Shown: positions 27,148 to 40,749 of the stretch, piece after piece
Numbering within the stretch: the first letter of the stretch is position 1
Layout: each line of letters starts with the position of its first letter
Origin: Geosiphon pyriformis uo1
Lineage: Eukaryota; Fungi; Glomeromycota
NCBI GenBank assembly: GCA_016748015.1
Contig: JAAOMT010000512.1
Location: 398,180 to 462,179 of the forward strand
Direction of reading: 5' to 3'
DNA length: 64,000 bases
Notes under the pieces: generated by a model
What the model was told of the DNA's origin: nothing
What the model saw: the letters and a program-made list of their open reading frames with translations, nothing else
Database searches by the model: none
Made by a program: the position numbers and the translations under genes

Positions 27148-29315
27148 ATGAGTAAAAATCATCAAAATATTGAAGACCAAGATAAAAATTCCTGTAAAGT
27201 GTATTCAACACAAAGAAATAATAGTAGTAGCCATAGGTCCCCATTGTCTTCGGATAATTTTCCCAATTATGGTAAGAAAGTTGTAAATATCATTTGGGGA
27301 ATTGATTCCTATTATAATTGACTCAAACACTTGACATAATATGCGACTCCACACAAATTTAAAAAAAATCTTGTTAAACCATAAGAATACACAACGATTT
27401 CACTAAGAGGAGAAGACGATGACGACCAAGTTGAGATACCAAGAGATATAGCGAGGAATGATAATCAATATGAATATGTGGCAACGGGGATTTCTCCTGA
27501 GAATAAAAAAGATGAATACGGGCGCAGTTTTAGTAGCCCTGAACCACCACGGTTTCGTTTATTTCCTTCGAGCGTATGTGTTACATTTTTTTCACTATCG
27601 CCTACATCATTGGAATCTTCTGGTATGTTTACAAGAATAAAATCTTCTTTTTTTTTTGATAAATTCTCACAAGTGATTTTTCTCTTACTTTTTGCATTTC
27701 AAGATTCATTAAAAGTACCGAAAAATTATTATTATCTCTCCTACTGGTTCCGTTTGATAATTGCAATTTTTGGAATTACATTTCTCATTGCTATTATAGC
27801 AAATGTAAGCACTTCATCCAGTTTCAATAAATTTTCCTTATCTTTTATTCTTAATAAAATTGTGAAACTTCGTCTGTATCTTTAGCATCCGATACATCGT
27901 AGTGATCGATGGTGCTATGAGGAACCAGATATTCCATGGAATGGTCAAAAAACCTTTACATTCAAACCAGAAACCTACAAAAATTTTGAGCTAGATATTA
28001 AAGGTCACTCGTCGGTAAGTTAACATCTGTTCCTGATTAAAAACTTGTACTTTTTTATAAAAATTTTTTGTCTTGAAACTATTAGCACGGCCGCGTCTTA
28101 ATATCTCAATCAACCAAGGTGGAAAATGTTACAATCAACACCGAAATACTATTAAGCAACCCATACCTTCAAGACATGGTGAAAGTTGTTGCGTATGATG
28201 ATCCTGTCTCTGAAAAATATATCCTGCTAATAAATACTCCGGGGTATGGTATTGATTGCGGTTGTATTTTGGTGAACGTGAATATTACTTTTCCGCAATC
28301 GGTGAAAGAATTTGGCGATTTGATCGTTGACGTGTTCAACACTGAGATCACCACTGATGATATGGTCGGGATTGTGTTTGAAAAAGTAGAATGGCAAGCT
28401 TCTAGTCCATTAGTTGAAGCTCAGGTAAAAATACCATTTTTTTCTCAAATTCACAATACTGAAATTTTTATATTAGAATTTGTTAAAATGGCTTTTTTGT
28501 AGAATCTACAAGCACATAGGGTAAATCTCTACACAACTGGCCCAATTTCTGGATCTTACGCGATTTCAGATTCACTCGCGTTTCATACGACGAACGCCAA
28601 GATTGACACCACCGTCAAACAACTTTTGTTCCTTAACACCAAGCAGGGTCCTATAAAATCTATTAGCCTTGAAACCTCAAACTCCCCACTATCTGGGGTA
28701 TACCCATACTCAAAATCATTTGAAGCCCGGTCGACGAATGGGGCAATTAATGTGAATATAGCGGAAGGAGAGGAAGATTTTGAAGACAAAGATGAAACTC
28801 CAAGCAAGATCATATTAGACACGAGCAATGGAAGTATTGAGGGTTCCTATTTCGTCGATGGTGAATGGTACGCAAGTACTTCGAATGGACCTATTAAGGT
28901 ATCTTAGGAAATTGGTGTCCCCTCGGTTTATAATTTACTTTGATCATTAAATTTGAGATTCTTCGTAGGTTGATATTGATGTACCAGAAGAAATCAAAGA
29001 ATCCCTGCGCATCACTGGACAAACTTCAAACGGGAAGATCACCATGGATATGGTATTTAGTAAATATTCTTTTGCTGAATTTCTTTCAAAAAACTCATTT
29101 TTTGCAAATTCTTCCTATTCCAGTCGGATGCCTATCAAGGCCGTTTTCATCTGGCTACTTCTAACGGTAATACTAAGATCAAGGAAGGCTCCGATATTGA
29201 GTATACTATTGAAACACCACAAATTAAATCCGGTTACAAAGGTGATCTCTCCAAGCGTACAAACGAACTGGCCTTATTCAGCTCTAATGGAAGAGTTAAA
29301 TTGAGCTTTTATTGA
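27148..29315 (+). CDS. Type II single-pass membrane protein with repeated T(S/T)NG motifs (DUF4097 / putative adhesin-like beta-repeat ectodomain), multi-exon
   Basis: Low-complexity N-terminus, one TM (LIIAIFGITFLIAIIAN), then exons with HTTNAKI, ETSNSPL, STNGAI, DTSNGSI, STSNGPI, QTSNGKI, ATSNGNT, SSNGRVKLSFY*. GT-AG introns join the ORF-track fragments; start codon is less certain. Confidence 0.72.
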
Positions 29316-29733
29316 AAGAGTTATTTTAAGGTGTAAAATTTCATAAAAATGAACTATTGAGAATTTTCTATCCTATTATTCCAGATTATTAACTCTCTTT
29401 GAACAAACTTAAGAAGCCTCTTATTTTAGTTTAGGTATTTTGTAATCGTTTATTTCTCCCCGACGCCAGTAGTCTTGAATTTTAACATTAAAAATCCGGC
29501 AAATGATGATTTGTGGAAGTGTCACTAGTTATCGTCCATGTAGTCTTTTTTGTGATTAATAAAATCAAAGATTAAAAAGATCTGATTTTATTCAAGATCC
29601 TTAAATTTTCTTGTTCATTTTATTTCTATTAGAACAATCCCAACATAATATATATTACAAAAGTTTTTGTGCTCAAGAATTTTTTTTCCTATCTTCAATA
29701 ATTAAAAATTGACTAGAACATCTTGAAAGAGAG

Positions 29734-29933
29734 TTAAGACAGATCCATGGCTTCTCCTGAATGGGCATAAGAAAACTCTTTACTTGCGACTTCAGTCTCC
29801 AAACTTCTGTAGGTCTCTGCATATGTTCCAGTTTTAATCTCCTTCAACCAAGAATCGAATCTGGGGGTTGAGCCTGTAAAGCAATATTACAAGTTTAATG
29901 TCACATTTTCAGAGAACTGGAAGTGTTATAGGA

Positions 29934-29974
<41 letters not shown>

Positions 29975-32900
29975 CCTTGCTCAGCTAAACGTGCCCATGT
30001 TGCTGCGACCCTAAAAGCAGATCGCACCAGTTCTTGTTGTTTCTCGATCTCTGATTTAATTGCATTTTCCTTAAGTTTATATGAGAGTGTCGTTTTGAAG
30101 GGTTCAACCGCATCATCCATCTCTGCAATTATTAGGAAAATGAACCACATTAAGTTAAAGCGAGCAAAAGTCAAATATTATTATTTAAAATTGCCTACTC
30201 TGCGTTACGGCAGTTGGGGCCACATCCGCCAATCTTATCAACATTGTATGTGAAAGTATGGCTATGTCATGAACATCCGTTAATCCAGCAAGTACGCGGT
30301 CTAAGAAACGGAAAATATCTAGCTTATCGCGGCATGTGTCCAGTAAAGTAGACATGCATTCATAGGCAAACTTGGATTAAAAGAGACATTTTCGTTGATG
30401 AGTCGATAGGATGAAGATATGGATCAATCAAATAAAAATTTTACCTTTCTTAAGTCAAGACCATCATCAACTTTATGCTTGAACGGGCCCATTTCTACCA
30501 TGTGGATAAGATTCTCCTGAATGTCAAAGAATTTTGTTAAAATACATGGAATATTTGAGGTACAAAGGAACAATATGTTGGTTAAGATCATACCTTAACA
30601 AGAGTTTCTTCGTATAACAAAGGTAATAATTGATCAAGGACATCACGAATCAAATACGGTTTGCTATGAGCAGCCGAGTTTAGAGTCGATAGTGAGAGCC
30701 TACGCACATTCTATAAATCAAAATTTGCATGAGAAATTAAGAAGAAAATATAAAAGCAGATTCGAAAATTCCAGAAATGAATTTCACAGACCAAGTCGCT
30801 ATCTCTTATCGATGATAAGAAATCTACTATTAGTGGCCTTAGTAACTCATCATATTGTTGCCCTTGATTTGTGAAGGTGTATTTGATGGCTGTAACAACG
30901 GTTCCACGTGTTTGCGCGGATATGGAACGAAGTCGCTTCTGTGAGAATCAAAATGTTATATATACTTTACTAAAGTGAAAACGATCTAGAAACAATGTTA
31001 ATCCGACTCGCCTGAAGTTCCGGTAAAAACTTGTGAGGATTTGCTAAAGTCAATTTCCCAACACACTCAGCAACAACGTTACGGGTACCCTCTTCGACAA
31101 CTTCCCCGCTATCAAAAAGGATATTCCTGTTTCATGGTAGCATAATCGTAAAAGTTGAGTTTTCACAAATAATTTCTCATGGGTGGTAATTAACAGCATA
31201 TTTTATACCATGTGTCATCGGCATATGGTCCTAAAGTTTGAATTCCAGCCTCATTGGAATATCTTGTGATGATCTATTGGTGGAAAAATGTTTGATTAGT
31301 AATGGCTGATAACCAAAAATTTAACGATTCAAAAAAGTGGGGCCGTTGACTAAATGAACCAAGAAAATATTTACCTCTTTGAGGGCATGTAATAATAAAT
31401 ATCTTTTTTGAGGGTCTTGGCGAATTTCTTTCATAACAACTGGCAAATATTTGTTCACATTCCCGACTGCGACGTTGCCAAGTGCGAAAGCAGCGGCAGA
31501 TTTAACTTCCTCAGATGAAGCTGAAAACAGTGAGATTATTGTCAGGTGAAGTTTGTCTCCATGCCTACTTAAATCTCTGCGACAAGAAGAGAATAAGTAA
31601 AATAAGCGATTACAGATAAAACAAGGAAATGAACCTTCACAAAGACAGACTTACACTTTACGACCTATTTCACCCAATGTTAATAATGACAAATATCTCA
31701 CGGAGTCGTTACAATGGGGATCCTGAATAGAAATAATGATTATTTTATTATTGTTTGTATTTATTGTAATATTGGAAATTTTCGCTTTTGCAGATCTCGA
31801 CCTCAATTTTCCTGATGAAATCGTTAACAGTTTCATGACAATTTTTAGGCGAATTTAATGAAATAGCAGCAATGCATTGAGCAATCGTAGAATAGGACTA
31901 AAAAAATAAACATTTTTATATTAAATTATATTGGATAAGATGAAACGTTACAAGTTAAGAATAAATTCACATATACCTGTTTCGAAAGTGATAATTGAGA
32001 TGGTTCCTGAGTCAAAGCGGGCTTCATTAATCCAGCGAGTAATCGACCAAATTCGGTTTCTTTTGTTTGAATCAGCGTGATGAATAAAGCTAATAGACTA
32101 TCTAAGGCAGCTCCCTGAACAATGGATGATTGAACAAGATCAAGGACAGTAGGAAGAATCTCCTTATTGACAGATTGTATATTGCCTGGATTCGCGATAA
32201 GAATAGCCACAACAGTGTTAAGGGCCAATGGTAAAAGATGGAGATCTTGATCGGATATATGAGGCGCCAGTTCGACATAAAGAGTGGCAAAGGTTTGTGG
32301 AGTGAAATGGCGACCATATCTAGATCATATAATATATCGAAATAATTTATTATTAGCAATCAAGATTGAAAATTGATATCATTTTTTATTCAATACGTAC
32401 TTTCTGATGAAGACTTCGAGACAAATCAGACTAGCAACTTTCAACTGCCTTTGACTCTTCCTTAACAAGATTGCTACCTCGCCGACGGCTGACAAGATAG
32501 TTTTAGTTACATGTGGATCATCATAGCAAACAGGGCTGTCAGCCACACTTGTAAAAGTCTTGACAGCAGTTAATCGAGTAACCTCGTTTCTTAATCTCTC
32601 CAATAATATGGGCATACATTCTGGGAGTTGGGACTTCAAATTGTCACCGGTTTGTGATAGTAACACTCCTAGACACAAAATAGAGCGTTCCTTGACTTCT
32701 TGGTCAACATCCAATGTTCGGAGACGAGCGATCGTAACATTATAAACTTGTAAAATATATTTTTGGAAATTTGGCTCCAATGGTTGATAAGAATAAGATT
32801 TGGAAACAAGGGAATACTCGATTGGACGAATTACTTTGACCAACTCAATGCAAACTAAAAAAGCTTCAGAAGTAATCTTATAAAATTTATCAGAAACCGA

Positions 32901-35252
32901 GTTAATGATAGGTAGGCACAACCGGTCTAGATGTTTGTGGAATACATGAGGCTGATGAACTTTGAAAAGTTGTCGCAAAAAAGATAAAGTCTCAATTTTC
33001 AAATTTGAATTGGTGCCAGAGTGCTGATGTCCACCATCAGATGCAATTGAGAGAGAATTCTCGATGGCTGGGATAAAAAGATGAATATGTTGTTCAAGAC
33101 CACCGTTCAACACAGTAACTAATTCACGTAAAAGAGAGAAGCCGGTTTGCTTGGTTGAAATAGATTTAGATAGCAACTGCTTGGACAGATTGCGACTAAG
33201 TTTAGGGACTATCCCTCGGAGTAATTTTTTGGGACTGTCAAAATAGTGTAAGTTAAATCAAGCGAGAAAAAAAAAGTTTTTTTTTTTTTTTAAAACATAC
33301 CTATCACTAGTCTCCATGCTTGGTTCGGCCTTTAACCTCTTGGCTTCGTGGCCATTGTCTCTTGAAGAATAAATTACCCCTCCATAGACTAAAGTTTGCC
33401 TAAGTAACACAATAAAGGTTTGAAGTATATCAACACGAACAGATTCTTCTCGCTCTTTGAACCGCTGTACTAAAGCAGGCGCCACTTGCAGATATAGTTG
33501 TGAAAGAATTTCATGACGTGTGCCAATGATAGCAGCAAGAAGTTTTGAGGAAGAACGGCGAACTTTCCAGGAAATATCGTCTTCATCGGAGTAGGTTCTG
33601 TTCGTTAAAAGATTGTAGATTCTCTGGTGAGAATTTCCCAAATCGAAAATCATATCGTTAAATCATAAAAAATTATGAACCCTTCGTCATCTTCATCTTG
33701 GTATTCGTCATCTTCTTGCATTTCATCATCTTTATCATCATCTTCATCCATATCATCCGCATAATTTGGATCATACTTCAAGTATAGTAAGCAAAGCTCT
33801 ATGATTCTGTCTATGTACGAAGTTATTTCAGTTGGGCATCTTAGAACGAAGGATTCAAGTGCCTAGTATTAATATACGTAAGCTGTTAAAACTCTGAAGA
33901 ATTGAAGTCAAATCATCAAATAATAAATGTGACAATACTTGTAAACAAATTTCTCGCAGTTCATCATCGTCCACATCAACATTTTGGAATATAAGCGGAA
34001 GGAATTGAGGCAAATGCCTTCCTAGTCTGGGTGCACTTGAACGACTACACAAACATGTAAATGATATCTGATGAGTATTTTTGGCTTTTTTTTTTGAATG
34101 ATGAGAGATGACTTTTAACCTTAATGTGCCAACACATTGAATTAAGGTTTTTAATTTATCGTGCTGATTACTGGATTTTGTAAACTCCTGTAAGAGTTTG
34201 TGTACTAGATCATTGAATAGGTCATCAGGAGTGTGTGTAACAAGGTTCCCTGTTGAAATAGTCATTTTTAGATTAATATCCACTAATTAACGATATTAAG
34301 TGAAAGGATCTAAAGCTGGCAGAAAGACCTAGCGCAACAGTTGTCCTCTTCCTAAATGCGGGTCTTGGATGGCTCAAGAGAGGTATTAATACATCTTGAA
34401 TACGTTTTTGTGTATCAGGGGGATGTGAGACTAAGTTGCCGAATCTTGCCAGAATTTCATTTAAAATGTCCAATTTATCCATCTGGACTTCATAAGTGCC
34501 ATGCTATTGAAAAAAAACTGTTTAATAATGCTTGATAAAATAGAAATCTTCAGCGATTCAAACTTCACTGAATTGTTCCTCAAAATAAATGAATACATAC
34601 ACCTTCAAGTTGCGCTAGCAACTTGGGAATTAACCGCTGCACGACATTGTTGGCAACTGGGGCGTTGATTTCTACAATCACTGTTTTGAGCCCTTTAAAA
34701 ATTGCGAGAAATTTGAGCTCTAAATTGCTTATTTTTGAGGTTTACATAGATAAATGCGAAATAAGATCTCATACCGATTCCGGCAATATCCCGAAGTTCG
34801 TCCTTGCCTTCAATGGTATAAACACAAAGTTTATCAACAATTTCCTGAAGCTGGGATTCGCGAACTCTTTTTACCAATGGAGCAAGACTTAAATTTGATT
34901 CGAAGCATTAGATTTTTGCTCAGAGGATTCAAGAATATAAAGCACTATGCCATCTTTACCATTTAACGGCTAAATTCTGAACTTCTCCATTAACATCGTT
35001 CAATAGCTCCAACGTTTTAGAAACCACCTTTTTTTCGGTAAGCTCCTCTAAATTGAAGGTATCTTTCTGAAGTTCATTCATTAAATCATTGGTAGCCATG
35101 TACCGAAAATCGGTATCAGTGGAATCCATCTAAAAAATTGAACAATTTCGAGGCGCACTTTCAAAATCAGCAAATAAAAGTTTATAAAATGAATTATGAC
35201 AAATTCCTACCTTCTCCAACAACCCCATCACCAGATACCCACTGCTACCCAT
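29734..35252 (-). CDS. CAND1: Cullin-associated NEDD8-dissociated protein 1 (CAND1/TIP120, HEAT repeats), many exons
   Basis: [36 protein letters not shown]; [19 protein letters not shown]; [13 protein letters not shown]; [15 protein letters not shown]; [15 protein letters not shown]; [15 protein letters not shown]; [18 protein letters not shown]; ends EAMDLS*. Confidence 0.97.
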
Positions 35253-38200
35253 TTCTGTAATTTTTCTGGGATATTGATGACATTCAATGTTAAATATAAG
35301 AGTGAATAGATCAGTACATTGGTACAATGTTAAGATGTTCAAAGATACGTGCAGAATGGTAATTGATCTCCCATTTAATTATATTGACAAGGAAAACTCT
35401 ATTATCATGGAATAAAATTATTGATGTTTTGACTCTTTTTACACAAAGTCAGCAAAACCCATGGCTCACAAAAGTTGCATAAGAAAAGTAGTTCAGTGAT
35501 CGATTCTTTTGCATGAGCGTGGGAGGATTTAAGAATGAAAAGTGGCCTGTTTGTTTTTTTCTTATAAAAAGGATTTAGTCAAATCGCTATACAAGAAGGC
35601 AAAGATTGTCTAATAACCTTTTGCTTATATTCTAACAGCTTTGAGACTATGATAGTATCAGTCCTATTTATGAAAAAATACCTTTTTAAAACGTAAAAGT
35701 TGAAAAATGTGGAGGTAAAGTATGGTTAACAGAGGCAGAGTTTGCTAGGAGCTAGAATTATCTCTTTATAAGAAATTTTTTAAATGACGTAAACTGAATT
35801 TCTGAAATTTGACTGGTCTCATCTATGAAAGTCCGAGAATCACAAGATCGGGAAATCTACATTCCTCCCATCTTTTAAATAAAAGATTTTGAATCTGTCA
35901 CTTTTATATTAATTAATAATAATCAACAGTTAATTACAGCTAATTGAAGTATTATTTTTAAGCATTATACGCATTTTATAATAGATACCAAACAAATTAT
36001 AAAGTATAAATAATAATTGACTTTTTATTTTTGAAAATTACTGTTTAAGTTTTAAAATAATGTTTCACTTTCTACTTCATATATAAAATATTAATCATTA
36101 AAAGGATATTTACAAATATTTTATTTTTATTGCTTTAACATACAAAATTTTATAACTATAGACGTAGATCATGCGTTTTCAACACGTGACCAGAACTCGG
36201 TATTTTTTGTTTTTATTCATTTATTTTTACAAGATTTAAAAAAAAATGTCATATATATTTTTATGTTATTAAGCCATCATAATTTGAATTTAAATAAATA
36301 TTAAAAAATTCGATATTTATATATTTTAATTAACAAATCAAGAGAAATTGAAAAAAATAATGTTCATGTTATAACAGTTTTTATTTATATTTATTAAAAA
36401 CCTAATAATCAAAATAACAGCTAGCATTAAATAAATAATATATTTTTAAAATAAAATTTATTATAATTTTTTTTTTTTAAAAGATAAGTTATTTTAACTA
36501 AACTTATTCTTAAATTTTAATAGATAAAATAAATGTTGTATTATTTAAATATTTTTAAAATTTTGTTAATATTATAATAAATATATTTAAAGTCACTCTT
36601 TCTAAAGTACAAGAGGACCATATTAAATGAAAACCTTTCAGCCAAAAATTATCCACTTTTATTTGATTAAAAGGGTAATGTCTTTTATACATCATTCTTC
36701 ATTAACTTTAGCTTTTGATAACTTTAGGTTTAACGTTCGATTTTCTATTGAACGAATCATTTTGAAATGAGAAATAAAAATGGAACAAAAATTAAAGCAC
36801 TCAATACCTATTAATCTTTTAGGCTCGGCAGCTAAAACCTAATTTTAATAATTTCTCAATTCACCCTGGTAATTTCTATTTTTATAAAATTGGGTGGAAA
36901 TTTAAATGTAGCTAACTGGTCAATTTAAAGCTTCCATTGTGCTTTCTCACTTCTTATAATAAAACTTTCTCGGCCAACTTTAAAATAAAAAAACTCGAAT
37001 TGATCAATAAATCTATTGTAACAGCTCGATCAAATTTGAATTTCTTCCATTTTAGTAAAATTGTGATTGCCCGAGAATTAAATGGGAAAAAAGAGGCTAT
37101 TAAAAAGAAAATTCTTTTAACAAAGTGCTTGGAATATGTACAGGGGTTATTACGTTGTTTTTCACACTAAAAAAATGCCATGGTAATCTTCACAGATCCC
37201 AAGTTAAAAATTCAATGTTCTGTGCTCCTTTCAGCTTTTTTAAGGTAGAACTATTTGCGGGAAGAGAGTTACCGTGATTCACATAACTTTAGAGATCAAA
37301 CATTAATGCAGGAAGCTACATGCTTTCTAATGCAGTTGAAATTAAGTTTAATTTTAAAATAGGCCAAAAAATCTATTTGTAAATTATAAACCTTGAGATT
37401 TCTTTAAAGTTAAAGCCTACTTCCTGGATTAGTATAATCTCTTTTTACACTTGAATAAAAATTTTCAATAGCTTTAAAATTTGGGCTTGGATTTTTTTTG
37501 AAAAAAGTTGCGCGTATAAAATGGTTCAATTTTAGTGGTTTTCTTGAAGATTAGGCTATTATTTTGCAAAATCACAATTTTTTAAAAAAATAGCGCCATC
37601 GATACTCTCCAAAGATAAGAACTTATCAACAAAATGTGTCAAGTGTTTCCATCATCACTTGGATACTATTTCTGTGATGTATTTTGCAACATCTTTTTCC
37701 ATTTTGTTTGAAAATACAGATTTTGATGTTTTTAAATTAATTAAAAATTTTAACCATATTTAATGTTATACATCTATCTTGAATACAATTATTGTGAAAA
37801 TAATATATATTTTTAAATTGATTAGAGTTAAAAATGGGTTGTTAATTTTTTTTATTTTCAATTGAGAAAATTTAAACATATTGCAATTTAAGTTTTTGAA
37901 GCCTAAAAATTTATAATAAACTGAATTTGTTATTTTTTAAAATTTAAATTAAAGAATTCTTGTTTATTTGTAATTAATAAGAGAATATTTAATTTAAAAA
38001 CCAAGATTTTAATAAAATATTTTATTTGATATGATTTTTAAAAAAAATAATACAAGCTTAAAAATTCAACTTTGAAAATAGCAAAAAAAATTTTATGATA
38101 ATAATATTCACTTTTCTTTTGAAATAATAGCAAAACAATAAGGGAATTTCTTTGCGTTTTTATATCCTATCCAATTAATTTTAACCATAATTAAGACATT

Positions 38201-38361
38201 TTTTAATTCATTTAGTATTGTTAATAGTTATTAGGGATTGAATAAATTAACTGTTTTTATTTTTCATAAAATTGATTAATCTAATTTTGCAAGTAAAAGT
38301 ATTAGTTCGGCCTTTAAAGTAAATGCACTACTTTACTAATTTTTAAAGATACCTGTAGTAT

Positions 38362-39428
38362 ATGCTGATTCTTCTTTTTTGAATAACTTTTACGAGGACT
38401 CTTCAATCGATAATAAAGTTGTTGATGAAAATAATTAAGAATTTAATCTATATTCTACCTAATCATAATACATGAAATAATAATTATATAATTATTCATG
38501 GATTCCATGGGAGCGTTTAAAGAATATCAACAAAATTGGTGAGGAAGAATTCGGGACAATTTATAAAGCAACAGTAATTGATGAATTAATGACCAATCTT
38601 TGCAGAAGAATGAACTCTTTAAAGAGGTAATTAAATTACCATTAAAAGAACTATGTTTTTTGAATATTCTAAATTACACACTCGAATACGAAATTGTAAT
38701 GGATTTTCTCGACATGGAGACATGATAAATTAATGACTTCTTATAATTCATAAAGCTTGTATGATTCATCTCGGGCAACATTCTACAATATACGGTTAAT
38801 TGGAGATTTCTGATTGTGCCCCTACAAACTAAAAAAACAACAGAGGAGAAAAGAAAGGGATATTTGGAGTGGTCCCATGTGTTCCACCAGAAGTTTTAAA
38901 GTTTACGATGGCTGGTGATATTTATAGTCTAGGGATGTTATATGGGAATTGGCAACAGGAAACCTCCCTTTCATGACCACCTTCTAATATTCAATATTCT
39001 AAATGGTACAAGACTTGAAATCACCTCTCTTATTCCAGCTTGTTATGCTGAACTTCTTGAAAAATGTCGGCATTTCAATCCCGAGGATCATCCTACTGCC
39101 AAAGAAGTTCAGAAGTTAGGAGAATTTAGAAATGTGTATAATAATAGCCTTAAAAGGTGGATATGCTTTAGGAAATCAAATAGACTCATAAGAAAAATGC
39201 TAGAAAAAGACGAGACAACAAATTGTTCAAAGGTAATAATTCATCCAGGAGCAGTTTACACAAATCGTCTTTTAACTGCTCAAATGGTTGATTCTTCAAC
39301 AGGTTTGTTCATAAATCATTGGTTTTATTCATAAATTGTTTAATGTTAATTAAGTTAAATATGCTAAGCTTTCTTTTTTTTTTAATTTATAAAAGAACTT
39401 GTCTATCTCCTTAAAGATAAAAAGTTGA
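38362..39428 (+). pseudogene. Tyrosine-kinase-like (Glomeromycotina-type TKL) protein kinase pseudogene
   Basis: WIPWERLKNINKIGEEEFGTIYKAT (degenerate GxGGFG loop), GNIL, IGDF, GIFGVVPCVPPEVL, GDIYSLGM..WELATG, PPFHD, IPACYAELLEKC..P.DHPTA, IHPGAVYTNRLL. Multiple stops, frameshifts and deletions; no intact HRD. Limits approximate. Confidence 0.85.
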
Positions 39429-39968
39429 ATAAAATTTTATCTACTTATTTAACACTTATTTGCTTTACTATTATATTTAAATGACTCTTAATAAATCTAA
39501 TCCGCTCGTGAGTATATATTTAAAACATTTATATATTTTATATTTCAAATTGATGGCAGAAAATTATAAAATTATAATGTTTTCTGTATAATTAATTTGT
39601 AAATATGAACTAAAATCAATTTTCAAAAATCTCAAAATTTCCAAAAATTATCAATATTATATTATACCAAATTATATATATATAATAATAATAATAATAA
39701 AAATATTGCATCACTATTATTTTGTATTATTCCTGTTAATTATGATACAAAACAAAAAATTCAACCAAAAAATTATCATTTTAAGAAAATTACACTCAAA
39801 ATTCTTATAAATTAATTATTTTGAATTTCTTTATAAATAGAATTTTTTGTACTGGTTAATAGTTATGGCTAATTAAAAATATATTGTTCTAGGTTTGATC
39901 TTGATTTGAATAAAAAAAATCACTTTTACCTTTTCCACTTCAACCCTGAGTACCAGTAATATTATAAT

Positions 39969-40749
39969 ATGGGCTATCCAAAAGAGTTGTTTGTCGACAC
40001 TGTGCCAGATGGTTATATATGTGCTATTTGCCTTGGTCAGTGACAGCTATAAACGACAGAAGTTCTTTAGGTTAAAGAAACTTTCCAAACTTTCGTCAAA
40101 CTCATTCACTCACTAATGTCCTATGGCTTTGGACCTTTTCTGTTAAATAAAACCTACAAGACGTTCTCAATAAACCAACCTTCGTAGACTGCTTTCAAGG
40201 TATGTTAAAAATTTGAAAATTATCACTACCCATAAGAATCAAGCAAAGCTTTTGTTATTTAATGTTTCTCCAAACCCACTAAATACATAACCTTTAAAAA
40301 AAAAAAAAAAAAAAAAAGAACACGCCTTTTGTAACTTTTGCCTTTCCGAGCTTGTTCTTAATGAAAATGACAAGCAAGCCTCACCGACCTATAAAAGTAT
40401 TTCCTGTCCCAATTGTCGTGAACGCGTAAACTCGCTCAATTTTAAGATTTCAAAATATCTAACACGATTGATTGGAAGCTTGAAGATAAGGTGTGAGAAC
40501 AGAGGATGTGAATGGGTCGGCTCATGTTTGGATCTGGACTTGCATAAAGATAGGGTAATTTTTAAATTTTTTCTCAATTTCATGATTAATTTTATTACCT
40601 TTTATTCTGTTTTTAATTCGTAGTGTTCTCAGATGATCGTTTCATGTCCGAACAAGTGCCGAGGTTGCCCTTGGGAATTTATTCGTGAAAATATGGAAAA
40701 CCATGTTAAAGTGTGCAATTATCGTGTAGCCCAATGTACCATTTCATGA
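39969..40749 (+). CDS. RING (C3HC4) plus TRAF/SINA-type zinc-finger protein, short form; possibly C-terminally truncated
   Basis: Four exons (39969-40035, 40161-40199, 40319-40554, 40624-40749): MGYPKELFVDTVPDGYICAICL/DVLNKPTFVDCFQ/EHAFCNFCL..CPNCR..LKIRCENRGCEWVG..LHKDR/CSQMIVSCPNKCRGCPWEFIRENMENHVKVCNYR..TIS*. Missed by the ORF track because the exons are short. Confidence 0.8.
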
